The position numbers and the translations under genes are program-made. The notes beneath the pieces are model-generated. The model saw only the letters and a list, made by a program, of their open reading frames with translations. It made no database searches and was not told the DNA's origin. From NCBI RefSeq assembly GCF_006345805.1, contig NC_042998.1:87606001-87670000 (forward strand): 64,000 bases of DNA, given 5' to 3'. Below are positions 1 to 13,114 of this stretch, piece by piece. The stretch comes from Octopus sinensis (lineage: Eukaryota). Position 1 is the first letter of the stretch, and every line of letters starts with the position of its first letter.

Positions 1-1159
1 TAGATGTATGTGCTCGGACTCCTTGTCTTCAGTTTGCTGCAGATTCGAATCATTTCACGCCCCTTTTCGACTAAACAATCATGTCATCGTATTTGTCGTT
101 TTCATGTTGATGCAAAATTTTGATTAATTTTGTCTCGGTTTCCTATTTAGCATAATGAAAAATAAATAAAATGCTTAATGAAAGATGATTAATATAATGC
201 CGTGAGGTGGTTCTACATAGTGGGCACAACAGTAATTATACAGTACACCTATTAGGATCTGAGCGATAAACAATATTCTGAATATAATATATCATTGATC
301 GCTATTTGTAAAGAAGTAGAGAATTACGAGCAGCAGAAATGTCAGCTGATTATTTAAGGTAATCACGTGAAAAAGTGTCCTTCGAGCTATCAGTCAGTAA
401 TGATTTTAGAATGACATATACATAATATTATATCCTTTTCTACTCTAGGCACAAAGCCCGAAAGTTTTGGGGGAAGGGGCCTCTAAACAAAAGGCAAGAT
501 GATACATAAATTACTTAAAACGCAAACATTAACATTCTGTAAATGTGTCAGCGATATTGGTGTGTAGTTCATAAATACTTTATATAATGTTGTGAAACTA
601 ACAAAATGTAAGGAAAATATTCTTCATCGCGAGCGAAAATAAATCACTGAAACTTAAATCTACTACAGATATTGCACTAAAATGCTACGTCAGTACTGTG
701 GACGAAATTATAAAAGAATTCCTTATGACATTCGTCATCTGCCAAAGGTATTACATATTCACGAATATAAACATTTTTTCGTGGTTACTGAATCTGCTTC
801 AAATTTAAGTCAATTCTCCTTTAATCAGCCAGAAAGACATCGAAATGATGAAAACAGAATCTTGATGTGTATAAAATAAAGTGAAACTATGTAAAATATT
901 ATCTTAATTTAGCATTAAATGTGTATGTAGTTATAAGAATAATAAGTAAAATAACGAGAAAGTAATTTTTGTCATATGTATGACACGAAATAAAAAATGA
1001 AGACCGTATCATTGATACGTGCGAACAAAAATGCAAGACAAGGGATTTTCATAATTTTTCTGTCTCTCTCTGTTGAAATTGCAGTTTTTTTAAACATTTT
1101 ATTCAGCGACAGACGAAATCTGAATGACCAATAATAAAAGTCCCTCAGAGAAGCAGCAA

Positions 1160-1530
1160 AATATGGTAGCAAAGTGAAGAGACAATGAGTGAACGAAGCA
1201 AAACTTGAAAATTGAAGACAAGCAAATGCCGCTCGAAGTCAGGCACGAAAATAGCATTTTCAACAGCAGCGAGAACAATTTTGGTTCAAAATGCTGAGTA
1301 GATCGGAGCTGAATACCAACAATCTTCTCGAGAGCAGCGAGAACGTATGTTGACAATAAATGCTAAACAACTTACAGCAGCATGACAATAACTTTCTCCA
1401 GAATAATGTGAACAGATTTTCGCACTAAAAACTGAACAGCATCATCAAGTACACCAACAATCTTCTCAGAATAGAATTAATCGTCAAAACAAAACAAAAA
1501 CAAAAAATGTTTATGTTGCAAGACAGCATG
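1160..1530 (+). mobile_element. Degenerate low-complexity Q/R/E-repeat coding relic, similar to the N-terminal repeats of Helitron Rep-Hel proteins
   Basis: Manual translation across stops and frameshifts gives RQANAARSQAR...QSSREQRERMLTINAKQLTAA*Q*LSPE*CEQ..., a repeated 'SxEQRE..' motif. No Rep or helicase motif was seen. Confidence 0.35.
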
Positions 1531-1749
1531 CCATAGATTCAGAGCTAGAACTAGTTGTAAATGTAAGCTATATATAGTGGACATGAGATGCTATTATAGT
1601 AAACGTTAATGTTCATCGGAGAGAGCTCTGGACAAAAATTGGCTTGTCCTGATTTTGATACACGTTGAAAATGTGGTTGAACTCGTATTCCAGAAGGAAG
1701 ATTCACCAGTGCTATGACTATGTTTAGCCTGAAAGCAAATGATGTTATT

Positions 1750-3006
1750 TAGAGTGTCCCCCCAAAATTTCTTACATTTTGACCCCCCATAATTCGAAGT
1801 ACACTGAAGTATTAACGAAAAGAAAAAAAATTATCATAAAGTGCTACTGGAAGCACGAAAACATTATGGAAGTGCAAAAACAATTTAGAAGAAATTTTCT
1901 TAAAAATCCACCAATGCGAAGCACCATTTCTCGCACCCGAGACAAGTTTGAATCAAGTGGAACAGTGCATGATGCCCATAGGGAGCGTTCAGGAAAACCA
2001 CGGTCGTCAACAAGCCCCCAAAGGAAAAGAAATTGTATGACGCCCATGACTGTTCAAGAAGACTACGGTCATCAACCAGCCTCCAATGGAAAAACAATTA
2101 CTGGAACCCTCTACAGAAATCTGTACAACAAATGGTACGAGAGACAGGGAATCCACAACTAAGCGCCTATCATATTTTGAAGCGAGTTCATTAGAAATGT
2201 TACATCCCAGCATTTATACATGCCCTAAACGAAGACGACCATAACCGGAGAGCTGAATTTTGTGAGTGGTATCTGGGTAAATGTGAGGGAGATGCAACTT
2301 TTCCATCCCAAATTGTTTGGAGCAATGAGGCAAGCTTTAAGTTAATTGGCTCAATTAAATAACACTATTGCTCCTACTGGGCTCCTGAAAATCTGCACGT
2401 TCCTATGGAACATCATTCGAACTTAGCGGAGATTACAGTGTGGTATGGGATATCAGTACTGAGTATCCTAAGGCCATTATACTTTTTTCTTTTACTAAAC
2501 TGGCACTGGGGATGTTTATGTAAACTTGCTGCAGAAATCCGTTGTTCTATGTGTCAAAGAGTTGTTTGGTGACGAAGAGATTAGCTTTCAGCCAGATCAA
2601 GCATTTTCCACTACCATCGTGATGTAAGGACCTTTCTCAATGCAACTTTTCCGAATGGGCGAAGGAGTGTTGAATTCCCTACGCGTTCCCCAGACCTCAC
2701 TCCAATGGACTTCTTTTAAAGAAGCTACCTCAAACGTAAGGTTTACGGCACAGAATCAGCAACAGGCAATCGATGAGTTGAAAGATGAAATTGAAAGTAT
2801 CGCTGTTCTAAATGAAATGATTTGTAGCACTTTTGAATCCATTATTCTGAGTTATCGGCTGTGTTTAGTAAGTGGTTGTCGGCAGTTTGAACATTTGAAA
2901 TTCACATTTATCCATTGATGCATTTAACCATTAATCTTAATTCTAAGCCAATAAAGAATGCATTTATTATCATTTAAAGAGTGAGTACATTTTTTGAGAC
3001 ACTCTG
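1750..3006 (+). mobile_element. Degenerate Tc1/mariner-superfamily DNA transposon, probably DD41D (rosa-like), with pseudogenised transposase
   Basis: ORF 1779-2162 encodes a DUF4817-like HTH (KCYWKHENIMEVQKQFRRNF..PPMRSTI). Downstream frames give VWSNEASFKL, ITVWYGIS, FQPDQA and FPTRSPDLTPMDFF; reconstructed D-to-D spacing is about 41 aa. Imperfect TIRs: agagtgtccccccaaaa at 1751 and gtacattttttgagacactctg ending at 3006. Confidence 0.8.
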
Positions 3007-3524
3007 CTGATGCGTGAGATCTTTCCGCGTACAGAATTCACGAAGCTGCTTATAGATTGTTTTTAAAGTCCAATAAATGCTATTACTGATATATTATCGT
3101 ATTTGAAAACTTGGTTTTACGATTCTGGAATACAAAACCGATATCGTATAGTGGATGCAGATAATGAAAGAGAAAAAAGTATTAACGCTGTTATTTTCTG
3201 AATGCTTCTTCAGGTTCAACGTTGCCTTCCATTCTTTGAAGGTTGATGAAAATCAAGGACGCAAGTCAATATACTTGATTGTTCTATCCACCAAAATAAA
3301 TAGCCTCGGGCCTAAGATTTTTTCCTAAACAGTACTCTTCCGGCAACGTTGGATAGTAGTTCGATTTCGGCTCTATTCGAAGTCTGTTTACTTCTCTTCA
3401 GTGCTAGTATTCTAGTATTCTTGATGACAACATGTATGTTATAGCCTTCCATTTCACCATTCTTTTGCATCACTGTGGAATGAAAAGCTACACACACACA
3501 CACACGCAAACACACACAGAGTTA

Positions 3525-3525
<1 letters not shown>

Positions 3526-3623
<98 letters not shown>
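3526..3623. repeat. (ATCT)n microsatellite, 5' flank of the Tx1-like LINE
   Basis: Direct reading of the sequence. Confidence 0.98.
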
Positions 3624-6600
3624 AGGAATAGACGGGGATGCAAATGCCTCAGGGACCTGCTCAGACGCTTTCAACTGTCTGACAGGTTCCGACTAGACCA
3701 CCCGAATGCGCCAACGTGGACATGGAGCAACCGCATCGGGTCGTCGAGATCGTATCTAGATAGGATACTGTGTAGGACAGTAGACAGAGGTAGCATAGGA
3801 TGTCCACAATTCCACATAGTCAGCTACACGGATCACAAACTTGTGACATGTACGCTAGACTTAGGTAAGACACTTAGGCAGGGTTCCGGATACTGGAAAC
3901 TAAACGCGTCTTTCCCATCGAGACAGGTTTTCAGAGACCGGATTAGCACACTAGTAAAGAGGGCTTTGACGGGAGCCATCATCAACAACAAATGGTGGTT
4001 TGCCCTCAAGAGAGCAGTAAAAGCAGAAGCGATTAGGTACAGCAAAGCACTAGCCATAGATAGAAATAGAGTAGAGGGTGAGCTAGTTAAGAAGCTAGAA
4101 GAGGCAATTAGAAGCGGCATCGCATCCGACGTTTTGGCGGCGAGGTTGGCCCTCGACCAACACTTCAACGCCAAACACGAAGATGTGCTGTCAGAGCTAG
4201 GATGCGTGCTCTAAGGAACGAAGGTGTTGGAGCCGCGAGAGAGGCCCGGGTGGCAGAGGCGCAACAGGGCAACAAAGCCACCATTCGGTCCCTGGTAGAT
4301 GAACAGGGGCGCGAATTGCTCGAGCCAAGTAAAATGTGTGAGGCCTTTCAGCAGCATTTTGCCCGACTGTTCGGAACGAGTGGAGGGCAAGAACGTAGGG
4401 TGGACTTCAGTGCCTACCTACATAGCCTACCACGACTCTCGACAAGAAAGGCAGGGTGCTGCGAAGGTGCCATCACGGCGGCGGAAGTGCAGGAAGCGAT
4501 GGCAGAATGCTCGAGGGACAAATCACCGGGTTTGGATGGTCTACCCTACGAGCTTTACAATTGTATGCCAAACTTGTTTGGAGATCTCTTGGCGGCGGTG
4601 TACTGCAACTGGCAGCAAAACGGGAGCATTCCTGGTTTTGTGAGCCGAGGAGCCGTAACACTGCTGAAGAAAGATCTAAACAAGGGAAATGTAATAGATA
4701 ACTTTAGGCCCATCACTCTGCTTAATGCAGACTTTAAAATTTTGGCCAAGGTGCTAGCCAAGAGGTTGGCGCTTGTCATCGAGAAACTGGTCGACAGGGC
4801 GCAAACATGCGCCGTGCCAGGCCGGACCATCCATGACAACCTCCACCTGATGCGCTACATCATAGACAGGGTAGTTAACGAACCTGGCATGGGTGGGGCG
4901 CTGATCAATTTGGATCAATCGAAAGCTTTCGATAGGGTGGACCATCGATACTTGGAGGCGGTCCTCGGAGCGGCTGGCTTCGGTCCCGTCTTCCGCGGCT
5001 GGATAGCCGCTTTGTACAGAGGCATCCGTTCGGTAATTCGCGTGAATGACATCTATCGAGACCCTTCGACATCGCACGTTCGGTCCGTCAGGGATGCCCC
5101 CTCTCGTCGCTTGTATACGTATTGACTCTCGAGCCATTATTGCGGAAGCTGGCAACCTTGAGAGGCATCCCGCGAGAACTGGGATGCGGGACGAGCGTGT
5201 CTGCATACGCGGACGACGTCACCGTCATAGTGTCTAGCCACGAGCACATCGAGCAGGTCGGCTAGACACTGAAAAACTACGAAGCGGTGACATGAGCGAA
5301 AATCAACCGGGAAAAGTCAGTGGGCTTGCGACTAGGCACCTGGAGAAGCAAGCCCATGCCGTCCACCAGCGCCTCCGTCGTGGGACGCTGGACCGACGGC
5401 CCGGTTGAGTTGCTCGGGGTCTGGTTTGGTCCGGACCTCCAAGTGGAGAAACTGGAACGAGATAACGAGTAGGGTGGTCACTCTCGCCCGGCAATGGGCC
5501 GAGAGGAAACTGTCCCTAAAAGGTCGGGCGGAGGTGGCGAACACGTACATCGCGTCCGTCATCTACTACCGCCTGACCGTCGTACCTTGTCCCGACCCTA
5601 CCATCACCAAACTACAACTCATTCTCTTTCGCTTCTTGTGGAAAGGATGCGTCCCGATGGTCAGGCGATCCATTTGCTGTCAACACCCGTTAAAAGGAGG
5701 GCTGGGCATGCCGTGGTTGATGATGCGCAGACACGCGCTGAGACTGCGACATCTCTGGCTCTATGTAGACGACGGTGAACAGGTGTGGTCGCCGTTTGTG
5801 AGGCACGCTTTCCCGCAGCCCGTCTCCATGACCGAACTGCAGTCGTAGATCAAAAAGAGGCCGAAGAAGGGCGAATGGCACCGCGAGTGTCGCGTTGCTC
5901 TCAAGCAACTCTGCCGTCCTGGGTCGACCTTGAGTGACTTCAACACAACCAAAGCATTCTATAGGGGTTTAGTGGAGGGGAGGTACGACGACGAGCTCGG
6001 GGCGAACCTGGACGTCGACGAGGAGTACCTGACCCGCCTGTTCAGGACGACTTTCGGGCCAGGGCCCATGGACAACTTCCAGAGATCCCTGGCCTGGCAG
6101 TGCTACCGAGAAGCGCTACCCGTTCGGGATAAGCTCTACAGACACGGCTCGAGAAACACGGGGCCGACCTGCCCGAGATGCGGTCAGAGCGACGAAACCG
6201 TTCTGCACGCACTCGTGCAGTGTCCAACAATTTCCGACCTGTGGGCTTGTGTCGAACAACTGCTGCCACGTGTGGGACGAGTCGGTTTATCAGCTGAGTC
6301 TATCGTCAATATTGTCACGCCTCCCTCCTTCAAACGGGAAGGAAGAGCTATTTTCATCATCCTTGTGGCTATGGCGAAAGAATGTATCTGGTGGACGCGT
6401 CTGAAAGGATTGGAGACAACACTTTCCTCTCTGGTCAATCTCTCATCAACTTCTTCAAGTACCACTTGAAAAGGAAAGTGAGAGTAGAGAGGCAAGTTTT
6501 GTCTAGCGAATGTTTTAAAAAAAGATGGGTGAATGTAGCAAGAATGGCACGTATGAATGACGAAGCCACCTTGAGCATGATCCTATGAACCCAGAAATTG

Positions 6601-6965
6601 AAAACAGAGAGTTCCTTATTTGCAAAAAAAAAAAAAAAAGAAATATAACATGTGACTCCATTGACCGAGGTTACCGTGGTCTTTTCCGTAGGCTTTTATT
6701 TCCACGGGTAAACCTCACCTGTCCTCCCCTTTACACTTCATATTGACATTTCTGTGATAACGATCCCTATTGATCAATTTTTTTTTTTTTTCAGCTCCCC
6801 CTTTTTTTTAACCCCCCTTTTTTTTCCTCTTTCTCTCCTTTTACGATCCCTTTTGATCGAAACTCCCCCTTCCTTTTTTTTTTTTTTTTAAACCTTCAAA
6901 AGAAAAGCTCCACCTTGTAATTTGTTCTATCTGTGTTCAGCCCTGTGTGGCTAATAAAGAAACAT
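3624..6965 (+). mobile_element. 5'-truncated L1/Tx1-clade non-LTR retrotransposon (APE C-terminus, RT, zf-RVT), disrupted ORF2, with 3' UTR
   Basis: APE C-terminus (RSYLDRIL, YTDHKLV, GSGYWKLNAS); RT motifs (KSPGLDGLPYELY, FRPITLLNADFKILAKVLA, LDQSKAFDRVDH, YADD at ~5205); CPRCGQSDETVLHALVQC zinc finger. Stop at 6586-6588 and AATAAA at 6953. Several frameshifts and stops. Confidence 0.93.
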
Positions 6966-7098
<133 letters not shown>

Positions 7099-7499
7099 CT
7101 GAAACATACACAATTGCATGTGTGTGTGAGTGTGTGTGTGTGTGTTAATGCAAAAGATGTTTCTAATTAGGACTGCAATTAGAATGAAATTAAGCAGAAA
7201 TGGCCGTTTGTGTTATGTATATCGATAACATTAAATATTATTCCTTTTAATGAGAGTCAAAGCCGTCGTAAATATACAATTCCAAGTTTTGTCAATACGA
7301 GTAAGTGTTTATAATAAAAACAGCAATAATATTGAAACGTGAGCAAGAATGGTTATTTATGATAAAATATCCATAACATTAAATATTATTCCTTTCAATA
7401 AAAACTTAAACTACCATCAATAAACAGTTTCTAGTTCATTTTTATTGAAATATAATTTCCCAGCACTAAAGAGAGAGCTGAGGAAAGGTGGTGTATGTT

Positions 7500-8575
7500 A
7501 TTGTAGTTGTAAATCACTGTAAACAATATCCTTCCAATTCTATTGGAATTTCTGGGTCGAGATAACAAATACGCGATCGGCAGGAGTAGAAAAACATTTC
7601 AAATCTATCCAGTGTGTAACGAAATAAAAAAAAATATATAAAGTCAAGATACAATATACATCTGTTTGCTACCAAGCAAGAGCAATAAGAGCAATAAGAG
7701 AACAAAGGTGGTTAACAGACATCGAAATTAAAGAAATAAAAAAGGAAAGTAAAAAATAGGAATAATACTTCACCAACAGATAACGTGACCAGTGAGAACA
7801 GAGAATTGAATGGTGGCAGCAAAGACGTAGAGCAAAGTGTAAATGTAAATGGATTCTCAGTAAATGAAGCAGAAGTAATAGGAAGAGCTGTACCACAAGA
7901 ATACGATGATGACCAACAGCTGAATGCAAGAAACATAATTTCGGTAATAAACTCGTGCGCTGTCGCAGTAGTTCGGTATGGTGCTGGAATCATGATGCGA
8001 ACAAAGAAGGAGCTAAAGAAGGTGGATAGGAAGTCAACAAATATTTTAACGATGCATGGAGCCCATCATCCACATGCCGACACTGATCGCCTATACATGA
8101 AGAGAACTGATGAAAGGAACACTAAAAATAGAGGCCGAGAGCACTATACTGGCAGCGCAAGACCAAGCTTTGCCTACGAATTGGAGGTTCAACGTTTGGA
8201 ATGAGCAAATGTCTCCGCTGTGCCGCATCTCCACTAGTGTGGACGAAACTATTGCCTATATCACAAGCGAAGCCATAGACTTACTCAAAACCATTACAAG
8301 TTGTGGCGACACGACCATGTAGTGAAAGTGCTACATTGGAAACTGCAAAAAGTGGAGGCTAGAGAGAGGCAAGATGTGGTATAATCGCAAAGTGCACAGA
8401 ATGGCAAAGTCGGAGACTACCAAAATCCTCTGGGATTTCCTAATCCAAACAAACCAAGTGCTAGAGCATAACAGGCATGACAAGGTAGTGGACAAGGTGC
8501 ACCACGTATGCTATATAGCATACGAATAGTCAAGAAGGAAGACGAAAAGATAGATAGATACAACCCTCTTAAGTG
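7500..8575 (+). mobile_element. Internally deleted, degenerate R4/Dong-clade LINE
   Basis: N-terminal-like YQARAIREQRWLTDIEIKEIKK is joined to C-terminal LNARNIISVINSCAVAVVRYGAG, HHPHADTDRLY, ESTILAAQDQAL and KILWDF..Q motifs. The RT core is missing. Confidence 0.75.
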
Positions 8576-8614
8576 GGCGACATGACATGAACAAAAGGCA
8601 ATCTACGACAGAAT

Positions 8615-8815
8615 AAAGGCAAGCCTATCATCTCTTTGGCTCCATTAAAGAGGGTTTGAGAGGCAAACATTATTCCAGTGTCGAGGAAGAGAAAAATGTA
8701 GTGAAGAAGTGGCTCAAAGAACAGTCAACAGAATTTTTCGGGGCAAGGATACATGCTCTCATTCGATGGTGGAACATTGCTATTGAGAGAAACAATGAGT
8801 ATGTTGAGAAGTAGG
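8615..8815 (+). mobile_element. mariner transposase C-terminal fragment
   Basis: Translates as YHLFGSIKEGLRGKHYSSVEEEKNVVKKWLKEQSTEFF...NIAIERNNEYVEK*. Confidence 0.75.
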
Positions 8816-8919
8816 GATGTGATTCACAGAGGACCAGCTTCCTTTTGATGTATGATACATGTTCCTGTGTTGGTAATTATACCTGTCCTAAACAAAATGG
8901 TATTACATTTTGACTCACA

Positions 8920-8982
<63 letters not shown>

Positions 8983-10425
8983 CACACACACACACACACA
9001 CACATACATGATAGATCATGATTCGAGTGAATCAGGCACTTAAATGGTTAGGTACCGGGCCGGGTCGAAATAAAATGTTTACACTACAAAAATAGAGGAA
9101 TGCATACGCGTGTACCGTACAGTCAGAAAGATATTCAGGTTGTGTATACGATGAACTGTACTTGACTGAATATATTATGAGCCTGTGACAAATTAGGGAA
9201 CACACATTGCACTAAATGTACGGTCCATAATATACTTCTGATCTAAGTAATGAGCAGGTTCTGAGTGAAGTGAATATTAAATAAATAAATAAATGAATAA
9301 ATAACAGCAGATGGATCATGTGTCAATCCACTACAGCTGTTTCCAATAAATGTTTAATTGATTAATGGAGACATTATATCATTAGGAAAAACTGTTTTCA
9401 TCAGGTGAATATGTGAGTTACAACAATCAAAAATCAACGACATGTGCCACATCATGATTCTATGACCCTTGTCTGTCATATACAAATATATATGCATTAC
9501 GTGTGATTCTTGGGCCAGTAAAAAGATGACTGGGGGACTTAAATGGGGATGTGGTTGGAGTGTCGCGATGAAACACAGGTCTTCGATGTGATTGCATGTG
9601 GTTTGGTTTCATTGGTTGCGTTTGATCAGATGATATGACTGGTTAATGCTGAAATTTTGCGAGCGATACAATCATGATTTTACGAATACAAAAAGTGCTT
9701 CAAATGTTGTAGATCTGAATGCATTCAATGAAACATAACTGAAACAAATATGTTGAGTAAAGAGGAAAAATAAATTAACAAGAGAAAATAATTGGAATTA
9801 TAAGTTTTTAAGTAAATTAGATAAATAAAAGTATAATCCAAATAAATAACCAAATTACAAGTAAAATTAAATATACGTACTGTGTTATTCCATAAACGCA
9901 TCTAAGGTTAGGTATTATCTGTTGCTAATATAACAAGATATATTCCTTTGATTTATATTTGGTATGAGAATTGATAACAGTAGCAAATACCGATTATATT
10001 ACAACTTAATAAGTTTGTTAGATTATATCATAATTCTATATAAATTTTGTTAACATATATAAGTTATATTAGCACGGAACGAATATTTTCAATTTTGTCT
10101 TCGAATGAATGAAGAATTCTAGAAGAGATTATTTATTTATGTTGTTATAATTCTTGGGAACATCATGAACCTTACAATTGAATGAATGAGAGCATAGGTA
10201 ATTTGCGATTTTATAGAGAAGTTTTTGAAAATATAAGTTTTAGTTTTGCTTATGTCATGTGTGAAATCCTCGTGATACGTAACTTATTGCATTTCATTCA
10301 ATTAGACACCACACTCTATAGTTCACTTTGTTAAGTAATACAACAATTATAAACTTTATAGTGGCTTTCTGTCAGTATCTAACTCTTAAACCTTTCAAAC
10401 TTGAAACAGAGCGTTCATAATCTCT

Positions 10426-10463
<38 letters not shown>

Positions 10464-11175
10464 GGATGAGAGAGAGAGAGAGAGAGGGAGAGAGAGTAGG
10501 GAGAGAGAGTAGGGAGAGAGAGTGTGGTGTGATCGTGTGTGCAGAAGCTGGAGAAAAGCTTTTAAGCAGTTATTGATTTGCCTGTAGAGAGAAACAGATA
10601 AAAAACCCACAACATATGTGGTGATATTTGGAGGAGCTTTTAAAATCGAGACTGAAAAGTGTATTGTTATATTAGATGTAGTTATTTTATTCGTGGAACA
10701 AGTACACAATGACAAGAACAAGTCTTGAAATAAAATGAAATGAAAATAGAAGAAAGAAAGAAGAAAGAGAGGAAAGAGAGAGAGACATATAAACTAAAAA
10801 ATACTATAATGTTAAAAGATCAAAATGCAGATTTATATAAAATTGGCTTCTGAATAGCTTTAGCACTTGTTAAACTGGCGTATAACTAATCGGAATGGTT
10901 TCACGTTAGGTTGGCTGAGTCTACTTACATTTACATTCGTAATACTGTCTATTGATGTGTCTATAAATGTAAATAAATGCAACCGACATAATGTTCAATC
11001 ATTCCGATAAGTTAATATCTACTAGTAAATATAATTCTGAATCTATACAGAAACCAATTTTACATAAATCTGCATTTTGTTCCTTTAATTTTTACTTTTT
11101 TCTATATTGTTGTACTCGTCGGCATTTATTGGTTCTGATATTAATACTGGTTTATATTTCTCTACTTCTCTATAT

Positions 11176-11242
<67 letters not shown>

Positions 11243-11364
11243 ATCTATCTATCTATCATAGAACGTAACTAAATGTAACTAATACTGTAACACATTTGTT
11301 GTGCTCTTTACTGATTCTGTATACATGTATTAAGGCCTTGGGCCTAAAAATATCCATTACCACT

Positions 11365-11475
11365 AACCTTAGCATCATACTCGTTTTTAGATGACACCAT
11401 AAAATCAATCATAAATGTATAGAAAGTGCATAGCAAAGGGAATGAGAAACTAGGATTCATCAGTATCTTTCTGTA
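11365..11475 (+). mobile_element. Short CR1/L2-like RT C-terminal fragment
   Basis: Frameshifted KCIESA..KGNEKLGFIS resembles the CR1 motif 'QC..A.KKAN..LG.I'. Confidence 0.35.
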
Positions 11476-11908
11476 GTTTTTGAAAACACATATCTAATCA
11501 ATAATACTAATGGAAGATCTCAAAGTTGTTATAGAGGGAAAAAAAGAGAAAACAATGTGTTTACAGATAGTGGCTGTATGACGAAGTGAAACGTTAAGAC
11601 AAAATCGCTCGAGAGAGAATTTGAACTCAGAACGTGTAGACAGACGAAATGCTGCTAAATGTTTTACCCGGCGTGCTAATGATTCTGCCAATATGTACGT
11701 ACGTGTGTGTGTGTGTGAAGATTTAGTTGCCTTTTAAAAGATATTTTAATATAATTTATAATTATTTTTCATTTAAGAAAATCTGAAATATTGTGATTGT
11801 ATCAAGAGATTTTTCTAAAAACATATATAGATGTAAGAGAATGTATATAAACTATTGTGTGTGACTATATACACATACCTACAAATATACGTACCATATA
11901 CTCACAAC

Positions 11909-11972
<64 letters not shown>

Positions 11973-12100
11973 ATATATATATATTATATATGTATATATG
12001 TATATATATATATATATATTTTAATCACCTTACTTTGAAATTGTATGGATAACACCGTACTAATATCTGGTGCCTCAATTTAAGTACCATATTCATCTGA

Positions 12101-12188
<88 letters not shown>

Positions 12189-12204
12189 GTCTATCTATCT
12201 ATCT

Positions 12205-12338
12205 ATACAGTTGAAATTTACAGAAAAATAAAAGGCAAAGATAGATGTATGAACAACAAGCAGTTGTATTAGTTTGACGCTCGGGAAAGTGAGAAAGTCG
12301 TTTACGTTTCGAGCCTTCGCTCTTCAAATCAAAGAAAT
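12205..12338 (-). mobile_element. Penelope pseudo-LTR (pLTR) fragment with a degenerate hammerhead-like motif
   Basis: Homologous to 13115-13215, next to the PLE. Minus strand reads TTGAAGAGC-GAAG-GCTC-GAAACGT. Confidence 0.55.
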
Positions 12339-12761
12339 ATTATTTCCGTTATTAATTATGATAACGATAACAATAATGTGGCTAGTAAGTTTACACCTTT
12401 ACAAGTAAAATATAAATTAAATTCAGGTGCAGCAGGGTATTTAAACACCATTTGCTATAAACAGAGTCATCGCTCCAAAACCACCATTAACTCACTATTA
12501 AAATAGGTGCATGGGCAATGCAACTAATATAGCAGAAATAGGTTTACCTTGCGTGGAATACAGAAGTAAGGAATTGATTTCGCCCTCTGTATGAAGACCA
12601 TACTTTGAGCCCATCAGTTAAAAATAACACGTTTAACATCTATTTCTGAAATATTCATCACATTACCTCGTGTGTGTTCTTTACTTTAAACATCCCCGCG
12701 ACATTCAAAACAAAAAATATCGTGAGCCAGTAAAAATTTAAAACAAAGAAGTAATATTACC

Positions 12762-12834
<73 letters not shown>

Positions 12835-13041
12835 TAATAATAATAATTAATAAGGTGGTTAACCAGTTTACGACTTTACAGGTAAAACATAATTCAAATT
12901 CAGATACAGTAGGGTATTTAGATACCACTTGCTATAAACAGTGTTATCGCTCCAAAGCCAACAATAACTCAATATATAGATATATATAGATAGATAAATA
13001 TACACATACATACATACATACAAAACATACATACATACATA

Positions 13042-13072
<31 letters not shown>

Positions 13073-13114
13073 CATACATACATACATACATACATACACA
13101 CATACATACATATA

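Noticed and set aside
9305-9410. GAAACAGCTGTA (hammerhead stem III-like) on the minus strand
   Set aside because: No properly positioned CUGAnGA core or stem II; at most a badly decayed relic.
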